From Eledone cirrhosa (taxonomy: Eukaryota), in assembly GCA_964016885.1 (NCBI GenBank), contig OZ024742.1, forward strand, positions 343,480,001 to 343,544,000: 64,000 nt of DNA, read 5' to 3'. Below the pieces are notes generated by a model. It saw only the letters and a program-made list of their open reading frames with translations, did not search any database and was not told the origin of the DNA. Shown here piece after piece: positions 24,880 to 37,300 of this stretch. Both the position numbers and the translations under genes were made by a program. Numbering within the stretch: position 1 is the first letter of the stretch; each line of letters starts with the position of its first letter.

Positions 24880-26500
24880 AGTATTTCACTGCAAGGTACA
24901 TAGCCAAGAGTTCACGGCCGAATGTGCTATACCGTGTTTCTGCAGGCTTCAGCTGTTTAGAAAAGTAGGCAAGAGGTTGTAACTGTTGTTGGTGATGTTG
25001 TTGCAGTACTGCACCTACAGCTGTGCCTGATGCATCAACAACCAGTGAAAACTGGGCACCAGACACAGGATGTGCAAGCAATGATGTCTCCGCAAGCTTC
25101 CGCTTCACTTCGTCGAAGGCTTTTAGCTGATTCGTGTCCAATGAAATGGAATCGTTCTTCTTTTTCCTGTTACGTAACAGGTCGGACAGAGGAGACAGGA
25201 GATCCGCACAGTGTGGGATAAAGCGCCTGTAATAGTTCAGTAGCCCAAGGAAATGTCGTAGTTGACGAAGTGAAGTGGGTGGTTGGAGGTCTTGTACCGC
25301 TTTCACTTTATCAGGTAGTGGCGAAATTCCTTCTGGGCTGATGACATGGCCCAAGAAGACAAGTGAGGAAGCACCGAAAACACATTTTGCCGGATTAATT
25401 CTCACTTGGTATTTTTGAAATCTCTCGAACAGGAGACGGAGGTGATTGACATGTTCCTCAGGTGAGGCACTTGCCACAAGAATGTCGTCGATGTAGTTGT
25501 ACACGAAGTCTAAATCGCGCACAACCTCATCCATAAATCGTTGGAACGTGCTGGCTGCGTTTCGCAAACCGAAAGGCATGGTCAAAAATTCAAACGCTCC
25601 AAATGGAGTTGTTACTGCAGTTTTAGGTATGTCTGCCGGGTTCACCGGGATTTGGTGGTATGCTTTGACGAAATCCAATTTGGAGAATATGTTGCATCCA
25701 TGCAGCGAAGATGCAAAATCCTGTATGTGTGGTATCGGGTAGCGGTCGGGTACCGTCATTGCATTTAACCGGCGAAAGTCCCCAGTGGGACGCCAATCAC
25801 CGGAACGCTTTGGTACCAAATGCAAGGGTGCGGCCCACGGGCTTGAGGATGGGCGAATGATCCCGAGCTGCAGCATGTGATTGAATTCAGCCTTTGCGGC
25901 CTTCAGTTTCTCAGCAGAGAGACGGCGAGGGCGCGAAAACACAGGAGCTCCGGATGTTTCAATGTGGTGCTTGGTGGAGTGAGTAGGCTCACTCATCACA
26001 AAATTCAAATTTGTTAATTCCGGGAAGGAATGCAAAAGTGATTGGTAAGGATCTTCTGTAGCAGCGATAAAGAAGACCGGGCTGACCGACGAGACAGTCG
26101 ATCTGGTACCCGGCACAGACAGTTCTGTGCTGGCATCCAACAACCGGCGTCTGCGCATATCCACTATCAAGTTATAGTGGTGCAGGAAATCTGAGCCTAG
26201 GATGGGGTAAGGCAGATCAGCAACAGTGAAGATCCACGTGAAATCTCTACGCAATTCCAGGTTCAAAGAACGAGAAATCTGACCGTACGTGGGGATCGGT
26301 GACTGGTTTACTGCTTGCAGAGAGACGGTTGAGAGTTGGGGCTTCTCTTTGAGAAGTTTTAGCGGCCAAATGCTACAAGCCGCGCCGGTGTCGATCAGAC
26401 AACGTGCTTGCGACTCAGTGTCTGTGATGAAAAACACACGGTTATTAGGGAGGGTCAGAGGAGACTGTGCCGTGCTCAGGTCTCCTGAAATCTGTTTCCC
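24880..26500 (-). CDS. pol: Gypsy pol 5' part: protease, reverse transcriptase, RNase H N-terminus
   Basis: [31 protein letters not shown] in ORF 24863..26518; uninterrupted until the SINE. Confidence 0.95.
26455..26500 (-). promoter_or_regulatory. -1 programmed ribosomal frameshift signal (G GGA AAC plus downstream hairpin)
   Basis: Slippery heptamer 26500-26494 in the gag frame, pol in the -1 frame; 7 nt later an AGGAGA..TCTCCT stem. Confidence 0.85.
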
Positions 26501-27384
26501 TGGTCTGAAAATATACAAGGCTGTTTACAGGAGCGTGCTGCTGCGCCAAAACGGCTGTGGTAGTAACACAAACCTGAACTGCTTGTGTGACGGCGTCGTG
26601 GCGAGGGTGAACGGCTCTGGAAACGGCGTCTGGGCGAATGAGCCCTGTGAGTGCTTAGTTTTCTCACTTCCTTGGTTAGCTGCTCTATTGCTTGCAGCAT
26701 TGCTGCATTTGCAAGTGACTGGTCGGTATAACTGGCAGCCGCTGGAGTGAAGGAAGCGACCGCAGTCGGCGGCTGGGATACATTGAAGGAGACAGGAGCG
26801 AACGGATTGACCGCAGCCGGTGGCTGAGGTGCCTGGAAGGAGGCAGGAGAGAACGGATTGACCGCAGCCGGTGGCTGAGGTGCCTGGAAGGGGGCAAATG
26901 AGGCTGGGTGTCCGATGACACTCATAACCCTGTCGGCCGAAGCCGCTAGCTGGTCGACAGGAGCAGCCTCCATCATGGGCGCTAAGATCGCCTGAACTCC
27001 GGGGGGTAGCCTTGAGACAAAAAGCTGTCTAAGGAGGGCACTGTCAGCTGGGGCATCTTCCGCCAGCTCTCTCATCCGACGCAGTAGTTGTGTGGGCGTC
27101 CGATCACCCAAATGTTCGTCATTGACGAGCGTCTGAAATTTTTTTTCTGCGGACAATGTGATCCGCCGCAACACTTCGAGCTTCACGCTCTCATAGGAGG
27201 CCCCAGGGCGAGGATCTGTAATTAAGTCTTTGACGACCGACGTCAATGACGCTGGAAAAGCGCTTAACAGGAGATTTAACTGTCTGTGGTCACTGGTGAT
27301 GTTATTCGCTGTGAAATGTGCTTCTATCTGGGCGAACCAGACAGTGACGTCACCGGTAAACGGTGGCAATGAAGTGCTACCCAT
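26476..27384 (-). CDS. gag: Gypsy gag
   Basis: ATG at 27384; [45 protein letters not shown] motifs. Confidence 0.92.
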   Translation of the reverse strand: MGSTSLPPFTGDVTVWFAQIEAHFTANNITSDHRQLNLLLSAFPASLTSVVKDLITDPRPGASYESVKLEVLRRITLSAEKKFQTLVNDEHLGDRTPTQLLRRMRELAEDAPADSALLRQLFVSRLPPGVQAILAPMMEAAPVDQLAASADRVMSVIGHPASFAPFQAPQPPAAVNPFSPASFQAPQPPAAVNPFAPVSFNVSQPPTAVASFTPAAASYTDQSLANAAMLQAIEQLTKEVRKLSTHRAHSPRRRFQSRSPSPRRRHTSSSGLCYYHSRFGAAARSCKQPCIFSDQGNRFQET

Positions 27385-28048
27385 TGTGTATACTGATGTA
27401 AAAGCAAAGGGCAAAGAAAGGACAACTCTGCACTTGTCACCGAGACAAAAGTGAAAATTCAGGCCAAGAAAAAATATAATCCGAGTGAAAGACAGAAAAA
27501 GAAAAATATATCAAAAACAATGTTGGAGGGAAAAACGTCAAGCTTTAAAAAAAAATTATGATTTATCTTTGTCCTATTATTATTATTTTTTTTTTTTTTT
27601 TGTGTACTTTTCAAAATGGCGTTGCCTCCGTCATTTTGGCGGGAAAACAGCTGAAGAAGACGGAAGTCGACCATCTTGCTCTGACCGGCTATCGGCGCCA
27701 ACAGTTTTTTTTTTTTTTTTTTTTTTTTTGGTTTTTTTATAGCGTCGCCCAATCAGAAATTGAGAGGAAAAAATAAGATTTTTGTATTAACGCATGTGTT
27801 CGGTGATGTTAGAAAGTGAAGGTGTGATGTGCAGATTTAGTAACAATAAGACAATATATCAAATACATATTAGGACTCACGCTAATCGCGTACATACCCC
27901 GAGAAAAGGCGAGTGGCTTTGTTTTTTTTTGGGGGGGGGGGGGATGCGAAATGTTGATGTGTTCGTTGCAACGGAAAGATGTGGTTTCTTCTGTGTTGAT
28001 GTCCTTAAACGTTCGGGTCACCATTTATAATGTGATTTGCTGTATCGT

Positions 28049-28066
28049 ATCACGTCGGGGTCACCA
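28049..28066 (-). promoter_or_regulatory. Primer-binding site complementary to the tRNA-Trp 3' end
   Basis: TGGTGACCCCGACGTGAT, 2 nt after the 5' LTR; matches the metazoan tRNA-Trp 3' 18 nt. Confidence 0.92.
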
Positions 28067-28068
28067 TT

Positions 28069-28471
28069 TATAACGGGTTTTAGGGTCAATTCTTAATATA
28101 CATAATAGAGATCAGAAGGCATTTAGAACATTGACTAAATCCATTATCGATGTTGTAACTCTATTTATTAGTCGTACATGTTGAACGGATACATTAGGTA
28201 CAGGTCGTATCTACATGTGTAGGATGTAGTTTGGTCCGCTTCATTGCAAGATGGAGATGTTGTTAGCAGCGAGGAGTGTAGCCTGGTCTTGTCGATAAGA
28301 GATGTGCGTGTAGACTAATGTCTCTCTTGGTCACCTCCGCTCACACTGGTGACGTAGTTCTGGACAGTCGAATTAGTGCACCGAAGGTTTCGATTGGCTC
28401 ACACTTCAGCCAACTTACCTCCGTAACACCATTCCGCCGCAGAAGGAAAATACATTTTATTCACTGCTACA
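28069..28471 (-). repeat. 5' LTR (403 bp)
   Basis: Begins TGTAGC and ends GTTATA on the minus strand; near-identical to 23248-23650. Confidence 0.97.
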
Positions 28472-28989
28472 GACTTACGATTGGTAAATTTGAAATTTGT
28501 AAAGAAAACAAATTGCAATAATTATAAACGATAACTAAAAAAAATTGTTTTTTTCTTTCATTTTCATATTTATGTAATGAAAATCGAAACATATAATATG
28601 AAGGCAGCCATGACAAATGATATCACTTATCAAGTGCGTTCATCATCTCTCTCTTTCATTCACTGCCTCAGTCTCTCTCACTCTCCCTATCTCTCACTAT
28701 TATATACAAATGGGAGCCCACGCGGTCCCGGCTGACAAAATAGAGAAGGCTTTCCCCGGAGGATAGTTGGAAGAGTCATTCGAACTAGTGAGGCTCACAC
28801 CTGTGGGTAGCCAACTCCATACCGATGGTGGTGTGTAGGGAGGTGGTCCTATGGCCAAGGACACTAGCTGTCGACACTGCTACGGGCTCGACCGCAAACC
28901 TGTCGGAAAGTGACCTATATTTGGAGAGTTTAGCCTCCTCGGCCCGAAGTGTTGCAGAGCTTGAATGAGTCGCAGACTGCTCCAGGTTG

Positions 28990-31808
28990 CCGCTGGAGAA
29001 ATTTAGTTAAGCAAAAGTTGACAGGAAGGATCATCAACAACAGATGATGGGAGGGGGAGGGGGCTCTCAAAAGAGATTAGAGTAACTTCGATAGAGTTCG
29101 GCAAAGAACTAGCGTTAAAGAAAAATAGAAAGGAGGGGGAGTTGCTAGATAAGTTAGACGAGGCTATTTGTAGTGGCATTGCAACTGACGTGTTAGCGGC
29201 GAGAATGGCATTAGACCATTTCTTCAATGCGAAACACGAAGGTTGCATTGTCAGAGATAAGGCGCATGCGCTGAGAAAAGAGGAAACCAAAGCTTTCGAT
29301 GGGCCCGCGTGACGGAGGCGCACCGTGGTAATAAAACCACAATTCGGTCTTTGGCGGACCGAAACGGACACGAGATAAGCGATTACAAGTGGATGTGTGA
29401 GGCCTTTCGCCAGCACTTTGCTCGGTTGTTCGGGGAGAGTGGCGGGTCAGAGAGAGAGTAGCGGATTTTAGTCCCTACCTTGACGGCTTGCCGCGCATCT
29501 CGACGGTCGAGGCTGAGCGCTGCGAAAGGCCGATTACTTCAGCCGAAATTCAGGACGCCCTTGTCGGCTGCATGAGGCGCAAGTCACCCGGTTTGGATGG
29601 CCTGCCCTACGAGCTTTATGTAAATATGCCAGGCTTGTTCTCCGATCTTCTCAAAGCGCTCTACTGCAACTGGCAGCAGAATGGGAGTATTCCCAGTTCT
29701 GTGAGCAGGGGAGTGGTGACGCTGATAAGGAAAGACGAGAACAAAAGGGATACATTAGACAACTTCAGACCCATAACTCTGCTCGACACAGATTTTGGCC
29801 AAGGTGTTAGCAAAGAGATTCGCGCTTGTCGTCGAGGGTTTGGTTGGGGAGGCGCAAACTTGCGCAATCCCAGCCAGGTCCATACACGACAATCTCCACC
29901 TCATGCGATACATCATAGAGAGGGTAGGGTGTAAACCTGGCTTCGGTGGGGCACTGATCAATTTAGATCAATCGAAAGCATTCGATAGGGTCGACCATCG
30001 GTATCTGGAGGCTGTCCTCAAAGCGGCTGGCTTCGGCCCTGTCTTCAGAAGCTGGATCGCTGCAATACACAGCGGCACATGCTCGGTGGTCAAGGTTAAT
30101 GGCCACCTCTCGGAACCATTTCGGCTCTCCCGATTGGTCCGTCAAGGGTATCCTCTCTCTTCTCTTCTGTACGTATTGACTCTCGAACCTTTACTGCGGA
30201 AGCTGGAGCTGTTGCAGTCCCGAATCGGGACGTGGAAGGGATGTGTTGGTTTATGCGGACGACATCACCGTGATGGTGTCGGACACCTCAGAAATCGAGG
30301 TGGTCGGCAATTTATTGGAGGAATATGAAAGGTTCACGGGAGCAAAACTTAACCCGGAAAAGTCTGTGGGCTTGCAACTCGGCACCTGGAGAGGCAAATC
30401 CATGCCGTCCAACAGCGTCGTTGGGCGCTGGACGGACGGAACGGTAAAGTTGCTCGGGCTTTGGTTCGGGCCAGACCTCCAGGTGGATAAGAATGGGGAC
30501 GAGGTAATGAGCAGGGTAGCCAGTCTCATCCAGAAATGGGCTGCGAGGAAGCTATCACTGAAAGGTCGCGCGGAGGTGGCGAATGCATACATCGCGTCCG
30601 TCATCTGACCGTCGTTCCTTGCCCCCGTCCGCGCCTCGTCAAGTTGGAACGGCTCCACTTCAAATTCTTGTGGAGAGGACAAGTTCCGTTGGCGAGGCGG
30701 TCCATCTGCTCCCAGCACCCTCTACGCGGAGGGCTGAGCATGCTGTGGCTAATGATGCGCAGACATGCTCTGAGGCTGCGACATCTCCAGATATTCTGCC
30801 TAAACGGTGAACAGGTGTGGTCACCGTTTATCAGACGGGCCCTTCCGCAGCTCATTTTTTTTACTGAGCTGCAGTCCTGAGTCAAGGAAAGACCGAGACT
30901 GGGTGACTGGCACCTGGAGAGGCTTTAGGCCTTGACGAATTCGAACTGACCAGTCTGTTTCGGGGGGCTTTTGAGCCGGGGATGATGGACAATTTCCAGA
31001 AATACCTCACTTGGCAGTACTACCAGGGGTGGGGAGCACTGCCGGTTCGGGATAAACTCTACAGGCACTGAAGTGCTGTCAGACGAACCTGCCCAAGATG
31101 CGCACAGAGCGACGAAGCCGTTCTGCACGCACTTGTCCAATGTCCGTGTATTACTGACTTGTGGAGTTATGTAGAACAGCTACTGTCGCGTGTAGAACGG
31201 ATCCGGCTATCAGCCGAGTCCATAATGAAGATCGACTCGCCGCCTTCTTTGGGCCAGGAAGGGCAGGTAATTTTCCTCTGTCTGGTGGCCGTTGCGAAAG
31301 AGGTTATATGGTGGACCAGATTGAAAGGGCTAAAGACAGACACTTTTCTCTTCGGCCAATCCCTCATCAACTTCTTCAAGTTTCACCTGGAAAGGAAGGT
31401 GGGGGAGGAGAGAGAAGTGCCCCCCCCCCAGTACTTTTGCTAAAAGGTGGGTGAATGTGGCGAGAATGGCCCGTGTGAATGGGCCTACTCTGACCATGCC
31501 CCTATAGGCTAGCTAACTTGAGGAGAGGGGTGCTCTCCCTGGGTGCCCTAGAAGTGCAGGGTGGTTCAGGATTGGTGGGGTACCTGAGTCACCCCTGGGT
31601 CGTCGACCCCCGATAGGGGAATTTATTTATTTTGTTATATTTATACATAGTTTATTTTATATTTGCATATCTTCATTGTTAAATTAGTCTTGCCATTGTG
31701 CACTTTTACTCAACCTTATTGTAAACCCCCACTGTCCCTGTCCTTGTATTGTCCCCTACATGTCGGCCCTTATGGTCAATAAATGAAATCATTATTATTA
31801 TTATTATT
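28990..31808 (+). mobile_element. L1/Tx1-like LINE copy B, 5'-truncated ORF2 with frameshifts and deletions, 3' UTR and (ATT)n tail
   Basis: KSPGLDGLPYE, NFRPITLL, DQSKAFDRVDH, YADD; homologous to copy A; ends AATAAATGAAATC(ATT)6. Confidence 0.92.
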
Positions 31809-34396
31809 GGTGACCTACGTAGGAAATCGTATTATCGTGAGCTCCGCAAAGGTTTGTTGTTTTCAGTTGTTTCAAATTGCCATTTATGGAAAACTTTTGT
31901 TGTTAAGTGTTTATAAGTTCACATATATTGCTTTCGGAAAAGGACACTCAAAAAGATTGGGGCCTTGAGCCCAAAATTTAAACTTTTATAATTATCAAGC
32001 AAAAATTTTCTTTGAAAAAATCATGGACGACTCACAGCTACTCCAAGCTTACAGCCTTCCTTACAAACTAACACCTCACACCAACACCACTATTGTAAAT
32101 GTTACTACGTTTGCCAACACTAAAAATATAAGCAGTAGCAATAATTTAAATTTGTCTCATGCAGACATTCATTTCCCGCCATTACAAAAAACTGCAGGTG
32201 TTAAAGCCGCCACCCCCACCACATCGACAACAGAAATAATAGAAAAAAAAAAATTATTATCTCGTGACATCGAAATGGATTCACCCAAAATCGACTCTTC
32301 CACACCGAACACCACTGACACCACCACCACCACCACCACCACAACTGAAACTTAAAATAAGAATAACAAAAATAACAATAACAACAGCAACAACAACAAT
32401 GAGAATAACAACAAAAACATCAACACCACCGCAAATGTGTCATTTGCCAAAGCAGCCAAGAAATGCGAAACAATCGAGGTAACTCAGGAGGAATTAAATG
32501 AAGCCAAGAGAATGGTAAAGAAAGATGGGTACAGGGTCAGCCTCAACCCCAACCCCCAACCCCACCCCACCTAATAAAATGGAGCATCGTCGCCTATGCA
32601 CCGTGTCTTATCGGACGATTAACACAAAATCGCGCCGAGTGGAAGGGGCATCCGAGTCCCAAATCCCAAAAGCTTTGGAACATGTGTGACGAAAAACACC
32701 CACATCAGACGTGGGCAAAAATATGGAACCGTGGACGTGTTCTTTTGAACACCACGGGAGGCCAGAGAGCACTCCATGGCCCCATTAAGAAGCGACGACT
32801 TCACACTCGTCCCAAGCTACTGTGGCCAGAGACTCGTGAAGACCAGGGTGACCCACATTCCACCGGCCATCGAAATTCCCTGGCTAATGGCTGCCGTCCT
32901 CGCCGGCATCGAGGCCAACACCAAAATAATTGAAATATCAACAGAAAAGCAGGAGAACTGGTCCGGATCTGGGATGGAGCTCCTGATCCAAGCGGATCAT
33001 AAAAGCATTGAGGAAATCCCAGAGGTAATAGACCTCACTGACGGCAGCCATCTCACCGTAATCGTCGAGGGTAGAAGGCCTAGGTGTATCGTTTTTGGTG
33101 AAGGAACCCACCTAAAGGCTTTCTGCTCTCAGGCTAAAAAGTTGAGGCCACCTCTCTTACCCACCCCAGTGACTCAACCATCAACACCACCAGCAGCAGA
33201 AATGGCAGCAACAACTGTAGCAGCAACAACCCCAGGAACAGTAGCAAAACAAACACCACCACCACCTACTGTGCCAGAACTAGCACCAGCGCCTCCACTA
33301 CGCCACAACCAAAACCAACGCCTGTGGACGATTTTCACTCCCCGACCTATCGCAACAGATTGTGACAACGAAGAGAGGGAAATTGTATCAGGAAAAAAGA
33401 AAAAAAAGCCAAAAAAGAAAAGAATCCTCTTCCTTCCCCCTCCAAAAACAAAATACAGGGGAAAACAAATAAACTATCAAACAAAAAAGTTAGGACAGAT
33501 ATGCCACCATCCACACCAGCATCACCAACCCCATCACCACAAACACCAACACCATCACCATCATTAACCCCAACATCACCATCACCAACACCACAACGTC
33601 ACTAAAGAGCGAAACAGAAACAAACCCACAACAAACGCAAACAAAAAAAAAAACAACCAAAACGATACACACTACACAGCATTAAATTTGAACAACAACC
33701 AATTATTACACTACATGCAACACAACACCAGCATCACAGAAAAAGACTACACAACACCCCAAAAGTTCATACCACCTCCACACATACAAATCACTCGCAT
33801 CACACAGAAAACGTACACGACACTAAAACAAAAATTCCCCAAAGACATCGGAGACTTCCGACAAGCACTCTCCAGGAGAATGTATAAAGACATCCTTTCG
33901 GAGGAGGCCACAAGCAGTGAAAAGGATGGAGAAACCACCCTTCCTCTACGAGAAGTAAGGTAAGTGGTCTTTCCCATCTTTTCCAATCCTTTTCAACATG
34001 GCTTCACTCAGAATGGGCAGCATAAATGAGCGTGGTTTGGGGTCGTCATGGAAGCAGGGCCACCTGCTCAACGACCTCAGGTCACTAAACATACATGTAG
34101 TGGTCATCAGCGAGACCAGAATTCCGAAGCACGGGCCTTCGAACCGATCTTCGGCGGCTACAATGTGTACGCATCTCCCAGCCGTCCTGGATCGGGGGGA
34201 GGAGTTGCTGTGCTTTTTTGGAGAGGTTTGGATCTCGCCATACGGGCCATCTTCCTGGACCCAGAAGGTAAGTTGGTGGTGCTAGACGTGACCAGCGGAA
34301 ACGGGCAAGCTTTCAGGCTAGGGGCCGTCTATTCCCCGACAGGAGCAGGGCGGCCTGATTTCTTCCGGCATCTGGAGACATTTCTTGGAACGTCCC
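31809..34396 (+). mobile_element. L1/Tx1-like LINE copy C, 5' part: 5' UTR, degenerate ORF1, start of the ORF2 APE endonuclease; truncated by satellite
   Basis: ORF1 pieces 32023-33960 with decayed zinc knuckle VEGRRPRC..GEGTHLKAFC; ORF2 from 33998 (SINERGL, ISETR, GGGVAVL, GAVYSP). Confidence 0.88.
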
Positions 34397-37300
34397 GTAG
34401 TGTTACTGTCTTCCGGTAGAGATATATTTAGGGAATAGATGTAGTGTTACTGTCTCCCAATAAAGAGAGATATTTAGGGTATAGATGTAGTATTACTGTC
34501 TTCCAGTAGAGATATATTTAGGGAATAGATGTAGTGGTACTGTCTTCCAATAAAGAGAGATATTTAGGGAATAGATGTAGTGTTACTGTCTTCCAGTATA
34601 GAGATATATTTAGGGAATACATGTACTGTTACTGTCTTCCAGTAGAGAGATATATTTAGGGAATAGATGTAGTGTTACTGTCTTCCAGTAGAGAGATATA
34701 TTTAGGGAATAGATGTAGTGTTACTGTATTCCAGTAGAGAGATATTTAGGGAATAGATGTAGTGTTACTGTCTTCCAATAAAGAGAGAAATTTAGGGAAT
34801 AGATGTAGTGTTACTCTCTTCCAGTAGAGAGAGATATTTAGGGAATAGATGTAGTGTTACAGTCTTCCAGTAGAGATATATTTGGGGAATAGATGTAGTG
34901 TTACTGTCTTCCAATAAAGAGATATATTTAGGGAATAGATGTAGTGTTACTGTCTTCCAGTAGAGAGATATATTTAGGGAATAGATGTAGTGTTACTGTC
35001 TTCCAGTAGAGATACATTTAGGGAATAGATATAGTGCTACTGTCTTCCAGTAGATATATTTAGGGAATAGATGTAGTGTTACTGTCTTCCAGTAGAGAGA
35101 TATATTTAGGGAATAGATGTAGTGTTTCTCTCTTCCAGTAGAGATATATTTAGGGAATAGATTTAGTGTTACGGTCTTCCAGTAAAGAGATATATTTAGG
35201 GAATAGATGTAGTGTGACTGTCTTCCAGTAGAGATATATTTAGGGAATAGATGTAGTGCTACTGTCTTCCAGTAGAGAGATATATTTAGGGAATAGATGT
35301 AGTGTTACTGTCTTCCAGTAGATATATTTAGGGAATAGATGTAGTGTTACTGTCTTCCAGTAGAGAGATATATTTAGGGAATAGATGTAGTGTAACTGTC
35401 TTCCAGTAGAGATATATTTAGGGAATAGATGTAGTGTTACTGTCTTCCAATAAAGAGATATATTTAGGGAATAGATGTAGTGTTACTGTCTTCCAATAAA
35501 GAGATATATCTAGGGAATAGATGTAGTGTTACTGTCTTCCAGTAGAGAGATATATTTAGGGAATAGATGTAGTGTTACTGTCTTCCAGTAGAGATATATT
35601 TAGGGAATAGATGAGTGTTACTGTCTTCCAATAAAGAGATATATTTCGGGAATAGATGTAGTGTTACTGTCTTCCAGTAGAGATATATTTAGGGAATAGA
35701 TATAGTGTTACTGTCTTCCAGTAGAGAGATATATTTAGGGAATAGATGTAGTGTTACTGTCTTCCAGTAGAGATATATTTAGGGAATAGATGTAGTGTTA
35801 CTGTCTTCCAGTAGAGAGAGATATTTAGGGAATAGATGTAGTGTTACTGTCTTCCAATAAAGAGATATATTTAGGGAATAGATGTAGTGTTACTGTCTTC
35901 CAATAAAGAGATATATTTAGGGAATAGATGTAGTGTTACTGTCTTCCAATAAAGAGATATATTTAGGGAATAGATGTAGTGTTACTCTCTTCCAGTAGAG
36001 ATATATTTAGGGAATAGATATAGTGTTACTGTCTTCCAGTAGAGAGATATATTTAGGGAATACATGTAGTGTTACTGTCTTCCAGTAGAGATATATTTAG
36101 GGAATAGATGTAGTGTTACTCTATTCCAATAGAGAGATATATTTAGGGAATAGATGTAGTGTTACAGTCTTCCAGTAGAGATATATTTAAGGAATAGATG
36201 TAGTGTTACTGTTTTCCAATAAAGAGAGATATTTAGGGAATAGATGTAGTGTTACTGTCTTACAATAAAGAGATATATTTAGGGAATAGATGTAGTAGAG
36301 AGATATATTTAGGGAATAGATGTAGTGTTACTGTATTCCAGTAGAGAGATATTTAGGGAATAGATGTAGTGTTACTGTCTTCCAATAAAGAGAGAAATTT
36401 AGGGAATAGATGTAGTGTTACTCTCTTCCAGTAGAGAGAGATATTTAGGGAATAGATGTAGTGTTACAGTCTTCCAGTAGAGATATATTTAGGGAATAGA
36501 TGTAGTGTTACTGTCTTCCAATAAAGAGATATATTTAGGGAATAGATGTAGTGTTACTGTCTTCCAGTAGAGAGATATATTTAGGGAATAGATGTAGTTG
36601 TACTGTCTTCCAGTAGAGATATATTTAGGGAATAGATGTAGTGTTACTGTCTTCGAGTAGAGAGATATATTTAGGGAATAGATGTAGGGTTTCTCTCTTC
36701 CAGTAGAGATATATTTAGGGAGTAGATGTAGTGTTACGGTCTTCCAGTAAAGAGATATATTTAGGGAATAGATGTAGTGTTACTGTCTTCCAGTAGAGAG
36801 ATATATTTAGGGAATAGATGTAGTGTTACTGTCTTCCAGTATAGAGATATATTTAGTGAATAGATGTAGTGTTACTGTCTTCCAGTAGAGAGATATATTT
36901 AGGGAAGAGATGTAGTGTTACTGTCTTCCAGTATAGAGATATATTTAGTGAATAGATGTAGTGTTACTGTCTTCCAGTAGAGAGATATATTTAGGGAATA
37001 GATGTAGTGTTACTGTCTTCCAATAAAGAGATATATTTCGGGAATAGATGTAGTGTTACTGTCTTCCAGTAGAGAGAGATATCTAGGGAATAGATGTAGT
37101 GTTACTGTCTTCCAGTAGAGAGATATATTTAGTGAATAGATGTAGTGTTATTGTCTTCCAGTAGAGAGATATATTTAGGGAATAGATGTAGTGTTACTGT
37201 CTTCCAATAAAGAGATATATTTCGGGAATAGATGTAGTGTTACTGTCTTCCAGTATAGAGATATATTTAGTGAATAGATGTAGTGTTACTGTCTTCCAGT

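Larger units (their letters stand above)
23248..28471 (-). mobile_element. Gypsy (Ty3) LTR retrotransposon, young, integrase-deleted, 4-bp TSD GACT
   Basis: Paired 403-bp LTRs, PBS, PPT, gag and PR-RT-RH-IN order; GACT at 23244-23247 and 28472-28475. Confidence 0.97.

Noticed and set aside
33490-33600. His-rich (beak-type) protein
   Set aside because: A frameshifted reading of the CA-rich low-complexity part of LINE ORF1
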